Origin: Promethearchaeum syntrophicum
GTDB lineage: Archaea; Asgardarchaeota; Lokiarchaeia; Sigyniarchaeales; Promethearchaeaceae
DNA length: 32,000 nucleotides
Direction of reading: 5' to 3'
Assembly (NCBI RefSeq): GCF_008000775.2
Contig: NZ_CP042905.2
Span: forward strand, 2,310,001 to 2,342,000
A program made the position numbers and the translations under genes. Of the stretch, positions 7,701 through 17,403 are shown piece by piece (positions within the stretch are counted from its first letter, which is position 1; every line of letters begins with the position of its first letter). The notes beneath the pieces are model-generated. The model worked only from the letters and a program-made list of their open reading frames with translations, was not told the DNA's origin and ran no database searches.

Positions 7701-9146
7701 ATGGATAGCAATATAGACAATATACTAAGAAATTTTGTAATTAAATGGAGAGAATCTAAGGAAAAATCAAAAGTTTTTGATGAAGAAATCGGATTTATGA
7801 ATTTTCCCATTCCTACACAGTTCTTTGTATTTGAATTTAAACATAAAGCTATTCCATTTTATATTATTTTAAAAACTCATTTCTCCAATAAAAAAGATTT
7901 AATTATTCAAAAGAAAGGTAATTTCTCATTGAATAATAACCAGAAGTTGAAAAATTTTCAAGAGGAACTTAACTCTATTTTTCAAATATACTTTTCTAAA
8001 AATGAAAAGGACGAGATCCTTGATTTAATTGCCAGATTTTTGAATAACCAATTTGTGGGTAAGGAGATCGAAATATTGAAAGTTGGGTTTAGATCATCAA
8101 CAACACTAATTAACAATATAAGCATTGGGATTTATTTCGGAGATTGGAATAAATTAAATATTGAAGAAGATGTGAAGAAAAATATTAAAATTCAGAAGGA
8201 AATGGAGAATACATTCGTAAATTTCATGAAATCAAGATATGATAGAATTGATTGTATAGGTGCTTATTTATACCCTCCAATATGGATTGGAATATTACCT
8301 GTACTCTCATTTACAGAAAAAATGCAAGAGATTAAATTAAATGAGATTATTGAAAAGAAGATTGTAGAAGTTGACCATAGGAAAGTAATTTATACTTCTG
8401 ATGGTTATTTTGCAGTGGAAATAAAAAACTCAGTAGATGGATTCAATATCGAAGAAAAAGTGGAAAAATCACCAGAAGAGATATCCTCGATATTAGAAAT
8501 GATGAATTTATTAAATTCCATCTTATTACTGAAAGATTTTCCTATTAATGCTATTCAACGAAGTAATATTTCTTCTTTATGTTATTATATTCCTGAAACA
8601 AATTTTCTATATTTTAGTGTCAAATCAAATTCCGATGCTTCAGAATTATTGAATGATCGGCAGAAGCATATCACAAATGTGCATATAGAGAAAAAAATTA
8701 ATATACCCTTAGAAATATTCAAAGAAAGCATAAGAGAAGTAAAGATGTTAGCAGAAAATAACGAATTAAAAGATTTTAAAGAATTGATTATCACTGGATT
8801 AAATTCTTCAACGAATTATTCACATTTTGAATATCCTCAATCATTTATTCTTGGATGGACAATAATTGAGCAGTATATTAACAATTTGTATAATAAAAAA
8901 CTTAGTTTACAAAATATTCCAAAAGGAAAAAACCCTTCAGTCTATAATAAAATCAAAACATTGAAATCAGCATTTCAAATTAATAATAAGGATTATATAT
9001 TGCTAAATAAACTTCGGATTAAAAGAAATGATTATGTTCATGATTTAACGATGATTGATAAAAAAAATGCTCAAACTTGTTTAGATTTTAGTTTAAAATT
9101 ATTAAAAATATCGTATAATGAAAAAATATCTCATGTTTCTCAATAA
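7701..9146 (+). CDS. protein with a C-terminal HEPN-like domain (putative RNase); N-terminal ~380 aa uncharacterised
   Basis: 481-aa ORF. RNDYVH (aa 442-447, nt 9024-9041) fits the HEPN Rx4-6H motif and lies in a helical context (KLRIKRNDYVHDLTMIDKKNAQTCLDFSLKLLK). Confidence 0.65.
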   Translation: MDSNIDNILRNFVIKWRESKEKSKVFDEEIGFMNFPIPTQFFVFEFKHKAIPFYIILKTHFSNKKDLIIQKKGNFSLNNNQKLKNFQEELNSIFQIYFSKNEKDEILDLIARFLNNQFVGKEIEILKVGFRSSTTLINNISIGIYFGDWNKLNIEEDVKKNIKIQKEMENTFVNFMKSRYDRIDCIGAYLYPPIWIGILPVLSFTEKMQEIKLNEIIEKKIVEVDHRKVIYTSDGYFAVEIKNSVDGFNIEEKVEKSPEEISSILEMMNLLNSILLLKDFPINAIQRSNISSLCYYIPETNFLYFSVKSNSDASELLNDRQKHITNVHIEKKINIPLEIFKESIREVKMLAENNELKDFKELIITGLNSSTNYSHFEYPQSFILGWTIIEQYINNLYNKKLSLQNIPKGKNPSVYNKIKTLKSAFQINNKDYILLNKLRIKRNDYVHDLTMIDKKNAQTCLDFSLKLLKISYNEKISHVSQ

Positions 9147-9189
9147 GTAATTGAAAAAAGGAAAAAAGAAAAGAAAAAAGTATTTATTT

Positions 9190-9297
9190 GGAATTTTTTG
9201 ATGCAGCTCTTTGAGCTCGGGCTTTAAATCCTTGATCACCTTTAGATCCTTTTCGATCTTGAGCAGATTGAATTCTTTTTGATGCTTTTTTTGACAT
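9190..9297 (-). CDS. possible small basic protein (35 aa)
   Basis: Below the ORF-track size cutoff. My translation: MSKKASKRIQSAQDRKGSKGDQGFKARAQRAASKNSK. The segment is locally GC-richer. GGAGGTG lies ~25 nt upstream on the minus strand. Confidence 0.3.
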
Positions 9298-9439
9298 AGA
9301 TTGTTTTTTAACCAATTTCTTTCACCTCCAAAATTTTCGTCAAATAAATAGAGTTAATTTTTTATATATTAGTCTAGAAAAAAATGCGTATGCATATTTT
9401 TTTGTAGTTAAATTGCAACATTAATATTAGTTATATAAG

Positions 9440-12400
9440 ATGAAGCCTACAGAGGATGCAGATAAGTTCCTTCAAAAAATACAGCAAGAATATGGTTGTG
9501 ATAGGATTTCCCAAATCGAACATCTTATCAATTTTGATAGGGAAAAAGAAATATTACAAAGACTCTTGCTATTGCAGTGGTGGTTATTAGGTAAAGATGT
9601 TATTGAGTATGATGTTAGTACTATTGCTGATTTAGTTTCCGATTTAAATAATCCCGATTGTTTAGTTCATAAATTTGAATCATCCATCAAATCCTATTCA
9701 TATACGGATAAATTTAACATAATTTCCAATGGAAAAATAAAAGGACATACGAGTCTAAGAGATTTTCCTCGAAAATGGGCAGAAAATGAAGTTATTTTAA
9801 TAAAGAAAGGAAAAAATTATCATTTAACTGAATTAGGTAAGATTTGTGGTAATTACATTTTTTACAAATTATTAATTGCTGAGATATCTAAAAAAGACCT
9901 GATTAATTTTATAAGATTAGAAGGTAATTTACAATCTCAAATTTATGATCATCACGATAATGCTGATTTAATCCGAATGCAAATAATTCAAGATACTAAA
10001 ACGGATTCTAACAAATATGACTATACTCCTAAATTTTCAGAATTAATTACATTCCTTCAAAATTTTCCAGAACTCTATCCAAATGAATTATTAATGATAA
10101 AAAAGAGTTTAATAAATAAAATTTTTCACCGATATGCTGCCAATTTAAACATAAATCATACTCACTTGCTTCAGAATGGAGAAAAAATTACAAATAGCAG
10201 TATTAAAAGAGAAAAAATCAATTGGATTTATAATCTTGAATTAAGATCAAAAGAGAATCAAACATTTGATTTACCAATTACTAATAGAGTAAAAATTAAA
10301 GCGAATCCATTTAAAGTTCGATTCCAGGTACTAAAATCACCAGGAGGATATGGGAAAACAATATTTCTCTATCAATTAGCCTTAAATAATCTATTGGAAA
10401 TACATAATACCAACAGTGCAATTACTGAAATCTCCAAAAAGAAACAATCATGGATTCCAATAATTATAGTATGCAGAAATTTGCATTTATTAAAATCAAA
10501 GGATAAATATACCTTATTTTATAATGCGGAAAAAATTGTTGACTTCAGAACTTTTTTTAAAATCAATACCCCTCCTAAGTTTGAAGAACTTATTGTAACA
10601 CTTCTTTATTCATTTTTAAAAAAATCTTCCTTTACAACTAAAGCAACTTGCCAATTTTTCTTAAAGAGTATTATTAATCATAATATATTGCTAATCTTTG
10701 ATGGATGGGATGAAATTGAAGATAATCTGATGAAGAAATGTATAATGAGTTTAATTGAAGAACTATTTATGAAAATGACGAATATTGTGTGTTTAGTAGC
10801 AACAAGATATCTTGATCAAATTTTAGAACAAAAATTAGAATTAAAGCGAAATAAAAGCATAAAAAAGAAATATGATCCAGTTCATTTAAGTTTATCATCC
10901 CTAACAGATTCCCAAATATCAAACTATCTATCAGATTTTTTCCAAACTGATCAGCAAACAATTAATAAATTTATTCAAGAAACAAACTCTCAATATACTC
11001 CTTTAGAACTATATTTCTTAACACTTTTTCCTAAAATTGATTTACCTAAGTATAAATTTAAGCTTTATGAGAGAAGAATTTTATTTGGAGTCTTATCTGA
11101 ATTCTATCCAATAGCTAAATTACAGAAAATTGATTCAATTACAGAAATATTTTATTTATTGGATAAAAATGTTCAACAATCAGATTCTGATAATTTTTTA
11201 CTTAACAACAACCAAGATAAAACCAGAAATAAAGACTCTATATTAAAAAATGATATATCTACTAATGATCACGGAATTAAAATTCGAGATTTGATTTATG
11301 GTCGTCTTTTCTCACTTATAACATCAAGTTCTAGGAATTATTCCCTTTATTCAATAATGCCATATATATGCTACTCGTCATTGTTTCCACTAAAATTTCC
11401 CCCTCTTGAATATGCTCAATGTATCAGAGTAAATCCAGTACTAAAACGCTTTATTGCTCCAAAAGATGAGCCAACTAATAATTCTTTAATTGCAATTTTA
11501 CTTGATTGGCATTTTATGGATTATTTCTTATCGTATAGGATTTTTCAAGCATTTTGTAATGATGAAACAATTCAACCAATTCCCTATAAATCGGTTGAAA
11601 ATTTTCTTAAAGAACGATTTGAAAACCTAGATGAAAGTAAGGATTTAATCTTTCAGAAATTTCACCAATATGGTATTCAAAATTTTGATGATTTTTTAAG
11701 TATGATTTATTTAGAAGCCAAAATTGAATTCCCTCCTCAAAAATTTCTTAGAGATGATTTTGATCCTGGTGATGGTGGATTTTCTGATCCTGGTATGAAA
11801 ATTACAATGAGTTTGAATATGCCCATTTATGGAAAAGAATTGATTGAAGCATTTAGATTTGAATTTAATAAAGCAAGAAAGAAGAAAGAATATCATTTAG
11901 TTCCTCCAATTCTTCAATTATTCAACATTTTTTATAAAGAACGCCCGAGTATTCAACGTCAAATAAAAATGCCAACTGATAGTGACCCAGAATTTTATGA
12001 TCCAGAAGAGAATCATTCTCCTTTAGATTACTTTGATATTGTTTCTTCTCTTTTCTTTAAAGATCAATATTCTCCTGAAAACATAGAAATTATCAGATAT
12101 GAAGAAAAAGAAAATGAGTATTATTTACAATCTACTGGATTTTATAATGAATCAAGTCTTTCGTTAGAAAAACACGAAGGAAAATTCTGGAAAAGGAGTG
12201 ACATTAGGGAAATTCTGGAAAAGATGCTCTTAATCTCTAATGAGCACCTCATACCGTGGTTAGAGCAGGTTTATTTAAAACTTCCCGATGAATTAAAACC
12301 AAAATTAGATTCTAATCAACTTAAAAACATTCTTTACTCCTCAAAAAATCAAGTTATACAACGATCATCTTTTAATTTACTTCTTCGAATAAATATTGAG

Positions 12401-15358
12401 CAGATATTAGAAAACTACCAAGACTTTATTCAATTAAATAACAAAGAAATCATAGATGATTTTCTTGAATACTATTTACCTCTAATTTCAGATAAAAAAG
12501 TCTCTAATAGAGATTTTAGTGGATTTTTACGAATTTTAGATAGTTCAGTAGTTGATAATGCAGGGAAAACTATTCTTTACAATCACTTTATCCAAGTTGG
12601 TTTAGATAACAAACAACGAGAAGCTATGTTCAGTAGATTCAAGAGAAATTATTATAAAAAACCAGAGAACTGGGATGAGCTAATTATACTACAAATTCTT
12701 TTACTAATTAATCTTGAAGAAGAAGAATTAAATGATGATTTGTATAATTCTCCTAGCTATTATCTAATTAAGGATAGATTAAACAAATTTATTTTACATG
12801 CAATTCAGAAAAAATATGGCTTTTATTTTGACTTTTTAACATCTTTAGAAATTTCCACTGATTTAATCATCTCAAAAATATCTGCTTATTCTTTCAATTT
12901 AGTTGAAAAGCTTCAAATATTATTGTATAAACCAGAATTGTCATTTGAATATCAAATGGAAAATTTGAAAAGAGAAATCGCAGTGCATATCAGACCTAGA
13001 AGATATAAAGAATGTGATACAAGATCAGGATTGGATCTTATAAAACAAATCCAACAGAAAATTCAAGATTCAAAATCAAATTTTTATTCAAAGGAAAGAT
13101 TTTTAGAAGAATTAGAAGAATTAAATGAAAAATTGCTTTTTTTAGATGATATCGATAGATTTTATGTTTCAGATTTAATGGAATGTTATCTTGAATGGAA
13201 ATTATCCTTATATCCTCCCAATCATAAGGATTATTTATCTATTGCTGTTCTAATTTTTGATTTTTTTAAAAAACTAAAGATCCAATCAGAACAAGCAGAA
13301 TATAAATCTCTTTGGAATAAATCAAGGTCGAAAGAATATACTTATAACCGAATTTTTAAAATAATCAATGAACATTTCTATTTAATTGCAATGGATACCA
13401 GAATACAATGGATTCGTTTCTATATTGCGCAAAATTTTGAATTTAACACATATCAAATTTTACTTTATAATATTGATAAAAACTTAGTAGAAAATCTACA
13501 TTCAATTATTTGGGAAAAAGTTAAACAAAATCGAGATTTTGAAAATTTAAACTTTAATTATTTAAGAAAAAGAAGTGTATATCTGCATTCTTCCTATCCT
13601 TTTTCCAATTCGAATCAGGAAGAAGATCAAAAAACTAATGAAATTCTCCAAACATTACCTTTTTCTTTGGAGGGATTACTTCCATTTAAAGAATTTAATA
13701 AAATTATCTTGGAAATACTTCATTATGAAGAAAATATGGAATTTTTTGATTCAAATCCATTTGATCCAGATGACTCATACAAGATACATCCATTTCTTAC
13801 AATTATCAATAATTATTTCTCTCTATTAGCCCAATATAGAAGAGTTGAGGAATATATTGAAATATTTGAATTATATTGGAAGAAATATGCCTTCCATTCA
13901 AGCATGAAAAATCAGAGACATATTACATATTACATAATATATGCATTTTCTGAAGAAATAATGCACAAAATATATCCCTGTTTAAATCCATCTCCATATA
14001 AAATTGCATTTTTACTTTGTTATAAGCAGAAAAGTAAATATCGGACTGAATTACCATATCTCGAAAAAGATTCGTTTTATAAGAAGCAAGATATCAATAT
14101 TTACAAAGAAATTAGTCAATTTTCAAAGGAAATTATATATGATTCTATTCAAGAATTTCATAAGACAGGAAAAAATGCTTTTCTGTATAATGAATTGTTC
14201 CTATTTACAGATCTTAAACACCATTCGATGCAAGACATATGGAATTTCATTGATCAACAATTAACTGGACATAAATTTGGCTATTATTCAGAATCACCAC
14301 ATTATTATTTAATAGATTATGTGACTGTTGGTCAATTGAAACCGGAATTGTTAAAGAGATGGAATATATTTCAACATCTAGCTCGAATTCAGAAAAAGAA
14401 TCGTTTATCGTTGTCGGAGTCAATTTTTAGAGAAAATTTATCTGAATATTCAAAACTAATTGAATTCATTGAAGATTTTGCTCATTATCAATTTTCAGAG
14501 CCATACATTCCTGTATTAGATAGTGAGAAAATTATGAATTTTAATGAGATTCAACAGCAAATAAAGCAAAATTTGGATCATAAAAAACAAGAAATTGGTT
14601 ATATTAAGTTAGATCCAGAAAGTACCTTCTTTCATTATTTTAAAGAATCAGAATACAATATATTAAAACAATTGGAATCAGAGATAACATCAAGAGATGG
14701 TAAAAAATTATATGATCCTTATGCGGATGATAACGATGATAATGAAACTACTGAACATGATCAAATTTATGGAGTTAACAGACAAAAAGATGAAAAATAC
14801 CAAATTTGGAGAGCTTTAACTGAAAAAGAACGAAATAAAGTTAAAATGGCAAGAGAGAAGGTATTTGAAAATGAAAAAGAATTTTGCAATATGTTCTATA
14901 GAGAATTAAACGAGAAACAACGAAAAATTTTCTTTTCTCACCATAGCACTGTTCTTGAGTGGTCTCCAACACCAATAATGTTTTTTCCTACGTTAAAATG
15001 GATTCTAAAACAAATGGTAGATAATCCAATTTATCAAAAGTTTGATATTGAATATATGATGGAAGCTCAAGCACATTTTAAGAATTCAGCAAATGAACTC
15101 AAAATCTTAGATGAAATACTAAACTATGGATTTAAGTATAACAAGTTAAAAGAATGGTATAAGCGATTAATTTCTTCAAAAGAGTTGGAACAAGAGATAT
15201 TCTTTATTTTTGAGAAGTATATAACCAAATATATTTATTCCTTCAATGAATTGGATTTGTTTCCCAAAAATTTAAGAAAACTATGTATTACTCAGTTACT
15301 AAGTCGTTTTTCACTTCAAATTGCCCGAAAGCTATATGAAAATAATAAGTATAAGTAA
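9440..15358 (+). CDS. giant NACHT-type STAND NTPase with a ~290-aa unknown N-terminal region and a ~1400-aa helical C-terminal region
   Basis: 1972-aa ORF. Walker A SPGGYGKT (nt 10337-10360). Walker B ILLIFDGWDE (nt 10685-10714), NACHT-type DGxDE. The VCLVATR motif follows. The remainder is helical with no recognisable repeat family. Acidic patch DPYADDNDDNETTEHD. Confidence 0.85.
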   Translation: MKPTEDADKFLQKIQQEYGCDRISQIEHLINFDREKEILQRLLLLQWWLLGKDVIEYDVSTIADLVSDLNNPDCLVHKFESSIKSYSYTDKFNIISNGKIKGHTSLRDFPRKWAENEVILIKKGKNYHLTELGKICGNYIFYKLLIAEISKKDLINFIRLEGNLQSQIYDHHDNADLIRMQIIQDTKTDSNKYDYTPKFSELITFLQNFPELYPNELLMIKKSLINKIFHRYAANLNINHTHLLQNGEKITNSSIKREKINWIYNLELRSKENQTFDLPITNRVKIKANPFKVRFQVLKSPGGYGKTIFLYQLALNNLLEIHNTNSAITEISKKKQSWIPIIIVCRNLHLLKSKDKYTLFYNAEKIVDFRTFFKINTPPKFEELIVTLLYSFLKKSSFTTKATCQFFLKSIINHNILLIFDGWDEIEDNLMKKCIMSLIEELFMKMTNIVCLVATRYLDQILEQKLELKRNKSIKKKYDPVHLSLSSLTDSQISNYLSDFFQTDQQTINKFIQETNSQYTPLELYFLTLFPKIDLPKYKFKLYERRILFGVLSEFYPIAKLQKIDSITEIFYLLDKNVQQSDSDNFLLNNNQDKTRNKDSILKNDISTNDHGIKIRDLIYGRLFSLITSSSRNYSLYSIMPYICYSSLFPLKFPPLEYAQCIRVNPVLKRFIAPKDEPTNNSLIAILLDWHFMDYFLSYRIFQAFCNDETIQPIPYKSVENFLKERFENLDESKDLIFQKFHQYGIQNFDDFLSMIYLEAKIEFPPQKFLRDDFDPGDGGFSDPGMKITMSLNMPIYGKELIEAFRFEFNKARKKKEYHLVPPILQLFNIFYKERPSIQRQIKMPTDSDPEFYDPEENHSPLDYFDIVSSLFFKDQYSPENIEIIRYEEKENEYYLQSTGFYNESSLSLEKHEGKFWKRSDIREILEKMLLISNEHLIPWLEQVYLKLPDELKPKLDSNQLKNILYSSKNQVIQRSSFNLLLRINIEQILENYQDFIQLNNKEIIDDFLEYYLPLISDKKVSNRDFSGFLRILDSSVVDNAGKTILYNHFIQVGLDNKQREAMFSRFKRNYYKKPENWDELIILQILLLINLEEEELNDDLYNSPSYYLIKDRLNKFILHAIQKKYGFYFDFLTSLEISTDLIISKISAYSFNLVEKLQILLYKPELSFEYQMENLKREIAVHIRPRRYKECDTRSGLDLIKQIQQKIQDSKSNFYSKERFLEELEELNEKLLFLDDIDRFYVSDLMECYLEWKLSLYPPNHKDYLSIAVLIFDFFKKLKIQSEQAEYKSLWNKSRSKEYTYNRIFKIINEHFYLIAMDTRIQWIRFYIAQNFEFNTYQILLYNIDKNLVENLHSIIWEKVKQNRDFENLNFNYLRKRSVYLHSSYPFSNSNQEEDQKTNEILQTLPFSLEGLLPFKEFNKIILEILHYEENMEFFDSNPFDPDDSYKIHPFLTIINNYFSLLAQYRRVEEYIEIFELYWKKYAFHSSMKNQRHITYYIIYAFSEEIMHKIYPCLNPSPYKIAFLLCYKQKSKYRTELPYLEKDSFYKKQDINIYKEISQFSKEIIYDSIQEFHKTGKNAFLYNELFLFTDLKHHSMQDIWNFIDQQLTGHKFGYYSESPHYYLIDYVTVGQLKPELLKRWNIFQHLARIQKKNRLSLSESIFRENLSEYSKLIEFIEDFAHYQFSEPYIPVLDSEKIMNFNEIQQQIKQNLDHKKQEIGYIKLDPESTFFHYFKESEYNILKQLESEITSRDGKKLYDPYADDNDDNETTEHDQIYGVNRQKDEKYQIWRALTEKERNKVKMAREKVFENEKEFCNMFYRELNEKQRKIFFSHHSTVLEWSPTPIMFFPTLKWILKQMVDNPIYQKFDIEYMMEAQAHFKNSANELKILDEILNYGFKYNKLKEWYKRLISSKELEQEIFFIFEKYITKYIYSFNELDLFPKNLRKLCITQLLSRFSLQIARKLYENNKYK

Positions 15359-15385
15359 TTAAATATAAAAAATGCAGAAATTCCA

Positions 15386-15763
15386 TTAATATATTAAATC
15401 TTGAATATTTATTCTTTTTTTCTTCTTTAATTTTCTCAATTTCTCCATAATAATATCAACATTTGCCTCCTCACTTTTATTATACTGTGAGATCATGTGG
15501 TTTATGTATTCAATTTTAAAAATTGATACTCCTGGATTATTCTTATTTTGCTTTTTTGTATTTATTTTCTTTAAAAAAAATCCTTCATCTTCCATATCTT
15601 TGATAAATCTTGATGATTCAATGTAATCCTTAAGAATATGGCCATGATAACCGTGAATAATACTTATTTTACTAATTTTCTTTTTCCAGCATGTTCTGAG
15701 GTAAATTAAAACCTTTTCAATTGCTTCTTTGAAGCGGTTGTTATGCAAATCACATTTGAGCAT
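15386..15763 (-). CDS. Smr (small MutS-related) domain protein, putative nicking endonuclease
   Basis: 125-aa ORF. CDLHNNRFKEAIEKVLIYL...ISIIHGYHGHILKDYI matches the Smr LDLHG...IIHGkG layout. Confidence 0.7.
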   Translation of the reverse strand: MLKCDLHNNRFKEAIEKVLIYLRTCWKKKISKISIIHGYHGHILKDYIESSRFIKDMEDEGFFLKKINTKKQNKNNPGVSIFKIEYINHMISQYNKSEEANVDIIMEKLRKLKKKKRINIQDLIY

Positions 15764-15879
15764 AGATAAATAGTGGAAAAATGACTATTTATTCAACAAA
15801 AAAAATGCATTAGCTTATTTCTTTATAAGAAAAAAATTGAATTATTTTTTTTTAGGATTCGTAATAATAGATTTAGATA

Positions 15880-15920
15880 CTTTGTCATATTTGTCAGACA
15901 AAGTAGACAAAGTTACAAAG
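15880..15920. promoter_or_regulatory. operator-like cluster of TTTGTC/GACAAA half-sites in the divergent Smr/RHH promoter region
   Basis: cTTTGTCat at 15880-15888. Perfect palindrome TTTGTCaGACAAA at 15890-15902. GACAAAG at 15906-15912 and tACAAAG at 15914-15920. The cluster sits immediately upstream of the TATA-like ttttttaatatatttt (15921-15936) and of GAGGGTG (15951-15957), which precede the ATG at 15961. Confidence 0.5.
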
Positions 15921-15960
15921 TTTTTTAATATATTTTCCAATGATTAAACTGAGGGTGTAA

Positions 15961-17058
15961 ATGAAAGATAAATCACGAATTACTGTAAGAGTTCCTTCTT
16001 GGGTTAAGGAAGAAATGGATAAGAAAAATGAAATAAACTGGTCTCAGATTATCAGGAATATTCTAATCGAATATATAAAAATTGAAGATTTTCCTTTACA
16101 TTTCCGAAGGATCGTTAAAAAACATAAATTATCAGAGAATTGGGATTTATTAAAAGCCTTTTACTTATTTTCAGCAAATGATGACAAAAAATCGTTGAGA
16201 TCCAACTTATACACAGTATTCGATGAAAGGGCTGATGAAATCGAAAATGATCTAAAAAAAACATTAATTGATCTCGGTATTCAATATAAGGTCGAAATTC
16301 CCAAAGAACAGAACATTAAAGAGAATATTTTAAATATTTTATTCGAAGAAGGAGTAATTTCCGATTTAGAGGGAGAAATAGATAGATTGTTTGAGCATGT
16401 TGAAATCAAATCTAAGATAAATGAAGCTATTTGGTATTTAGGGCTCTACCTAAAAGATGAATCCGACTTTGAACCTAATAGTGTCTCATTTGCAGGCGAT
16501 GGTTTAAACATCTACTTTTCGCATTTATTCGACGATCCTGAGAAAATTATCAATGAACTTATAAAAATTGGAGTTTTAAGCCAATCCAATTACAGAAGTA
16601 ATGCATACTCATACACAATATACAGATTGTTAGATCAATCAATAAAATTAGTTAAAGAAATACAACTTAATCCAGAGAAATATTCACTCACCCATCTTGA
16701 TTTATCACAGAATATTGAAGATCTTCTTCATCATGAGAGAAATCGATTTTTAATAAAATCATTAGATCAAGGACTTGATGTCCATAATAGGTATAATAAT
16801 ACAATTCAAGATTTTGAAGAGAAATTCGGTGAGGGGTCATTTAATGATACATTAGATGAACTGGTCAAGAAAGGTATCATTATATGTAATTACTCTCCCA
16901 GTCGTAAACGATCCGGAAAGAGAGGTGCAATGCGATCAAGTTTATATTATAAGTTATCCAAAACGGGTGAAGAGAAACTTAAAGAATATATTTTAAACCG
17001 ACATCTACAGAATAAAGAAGGAAAAGTGCAAAGTATTATTGAATTGTATGAACTTTAA
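15961..17058 (+). CDS. ribbon-helix-helix (CopG-like) DNA-binding protein with C-terminal winged-helix-like segments
   Basis: 365-aa ORF. N-terminus RITVRVPSWVKEEMDKKNEINWSQIIRNILIEYI has an RHH pattern. LDELVKKGIIICNY...LYYKLSKTGEEKL is wHTH-like. Confidence 0.65.
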   Translation: MKDKSRITVRVPSWVKEEMDKKNEINWSQIIRNILIEYIKIEDFPLHFRRIVKKHKLSENWDLLKAFYLFSANDDKKSLRSNLYTVFDERADEIENDLKKTLIDLGIQYKVEIPKEQNIKENILNILFEEGVISDLEGEIDRLFEHVEIKSKINEAIWYLGLYLKDESDFEPNSVSFAGDGLNIYFSHLFDDPEKIINELIKIGVLSQSNYRSNAYSYTIYRLLDQSIKLVKEIQLNPEKYSLTHLDLSQNIEDLLHHERNRFLIKSLDQGLDVHNRYNNTIQDFEEKFGEGSFNDTLDELVKKGIIICNYSPSRKRSGKRGAMRSSLYYKLSKTGEEKLKEYILNRHLQNKEGKVQSIIELYEL

Positions 17059-17403
17059 GAAAAATTACTTTGGATAGAATCAATTTACAGTTTCAAATAT
17101 CCTAATTCAGTCTGGAAAATGTCGTAAATAAAGGTCATTTCCGATAATAATTCAAAGTGAAAAGGAAAATGAATGAACTTGAAGATTGGTGTTAAAAAAC
17201 AACTTGATCTACTTCAAGGGGGTAATGATTATTATTTTAAACTTTTAATTCTAATTCTTTGTAATCTATATCCAGATTCCTATGAGTGTAATGCTACTTG
17301 ATTTCTGATTTTTATTTTTGTGCTTGGAAAATTGTCTAAAAAGCCTTATAATCAATAAAATATAACAATAAAATATTATTTTCAATAAGGTTTTGGTTAA
17401 AAT

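Noticed and set aside
8585-14264. Short ORFs nested in or antisense to the 7701-9146 and 9440-15358 genes (8585-8794, 10767-10961, 11711-11896, 13575-13829, 14004-14264)
   Set aside because: All are embedded in long ORFs that carry clear motifs. Their compositions are biased (I/F/L/K-rich), as expected from off-frame translation of AT-rich DNA.
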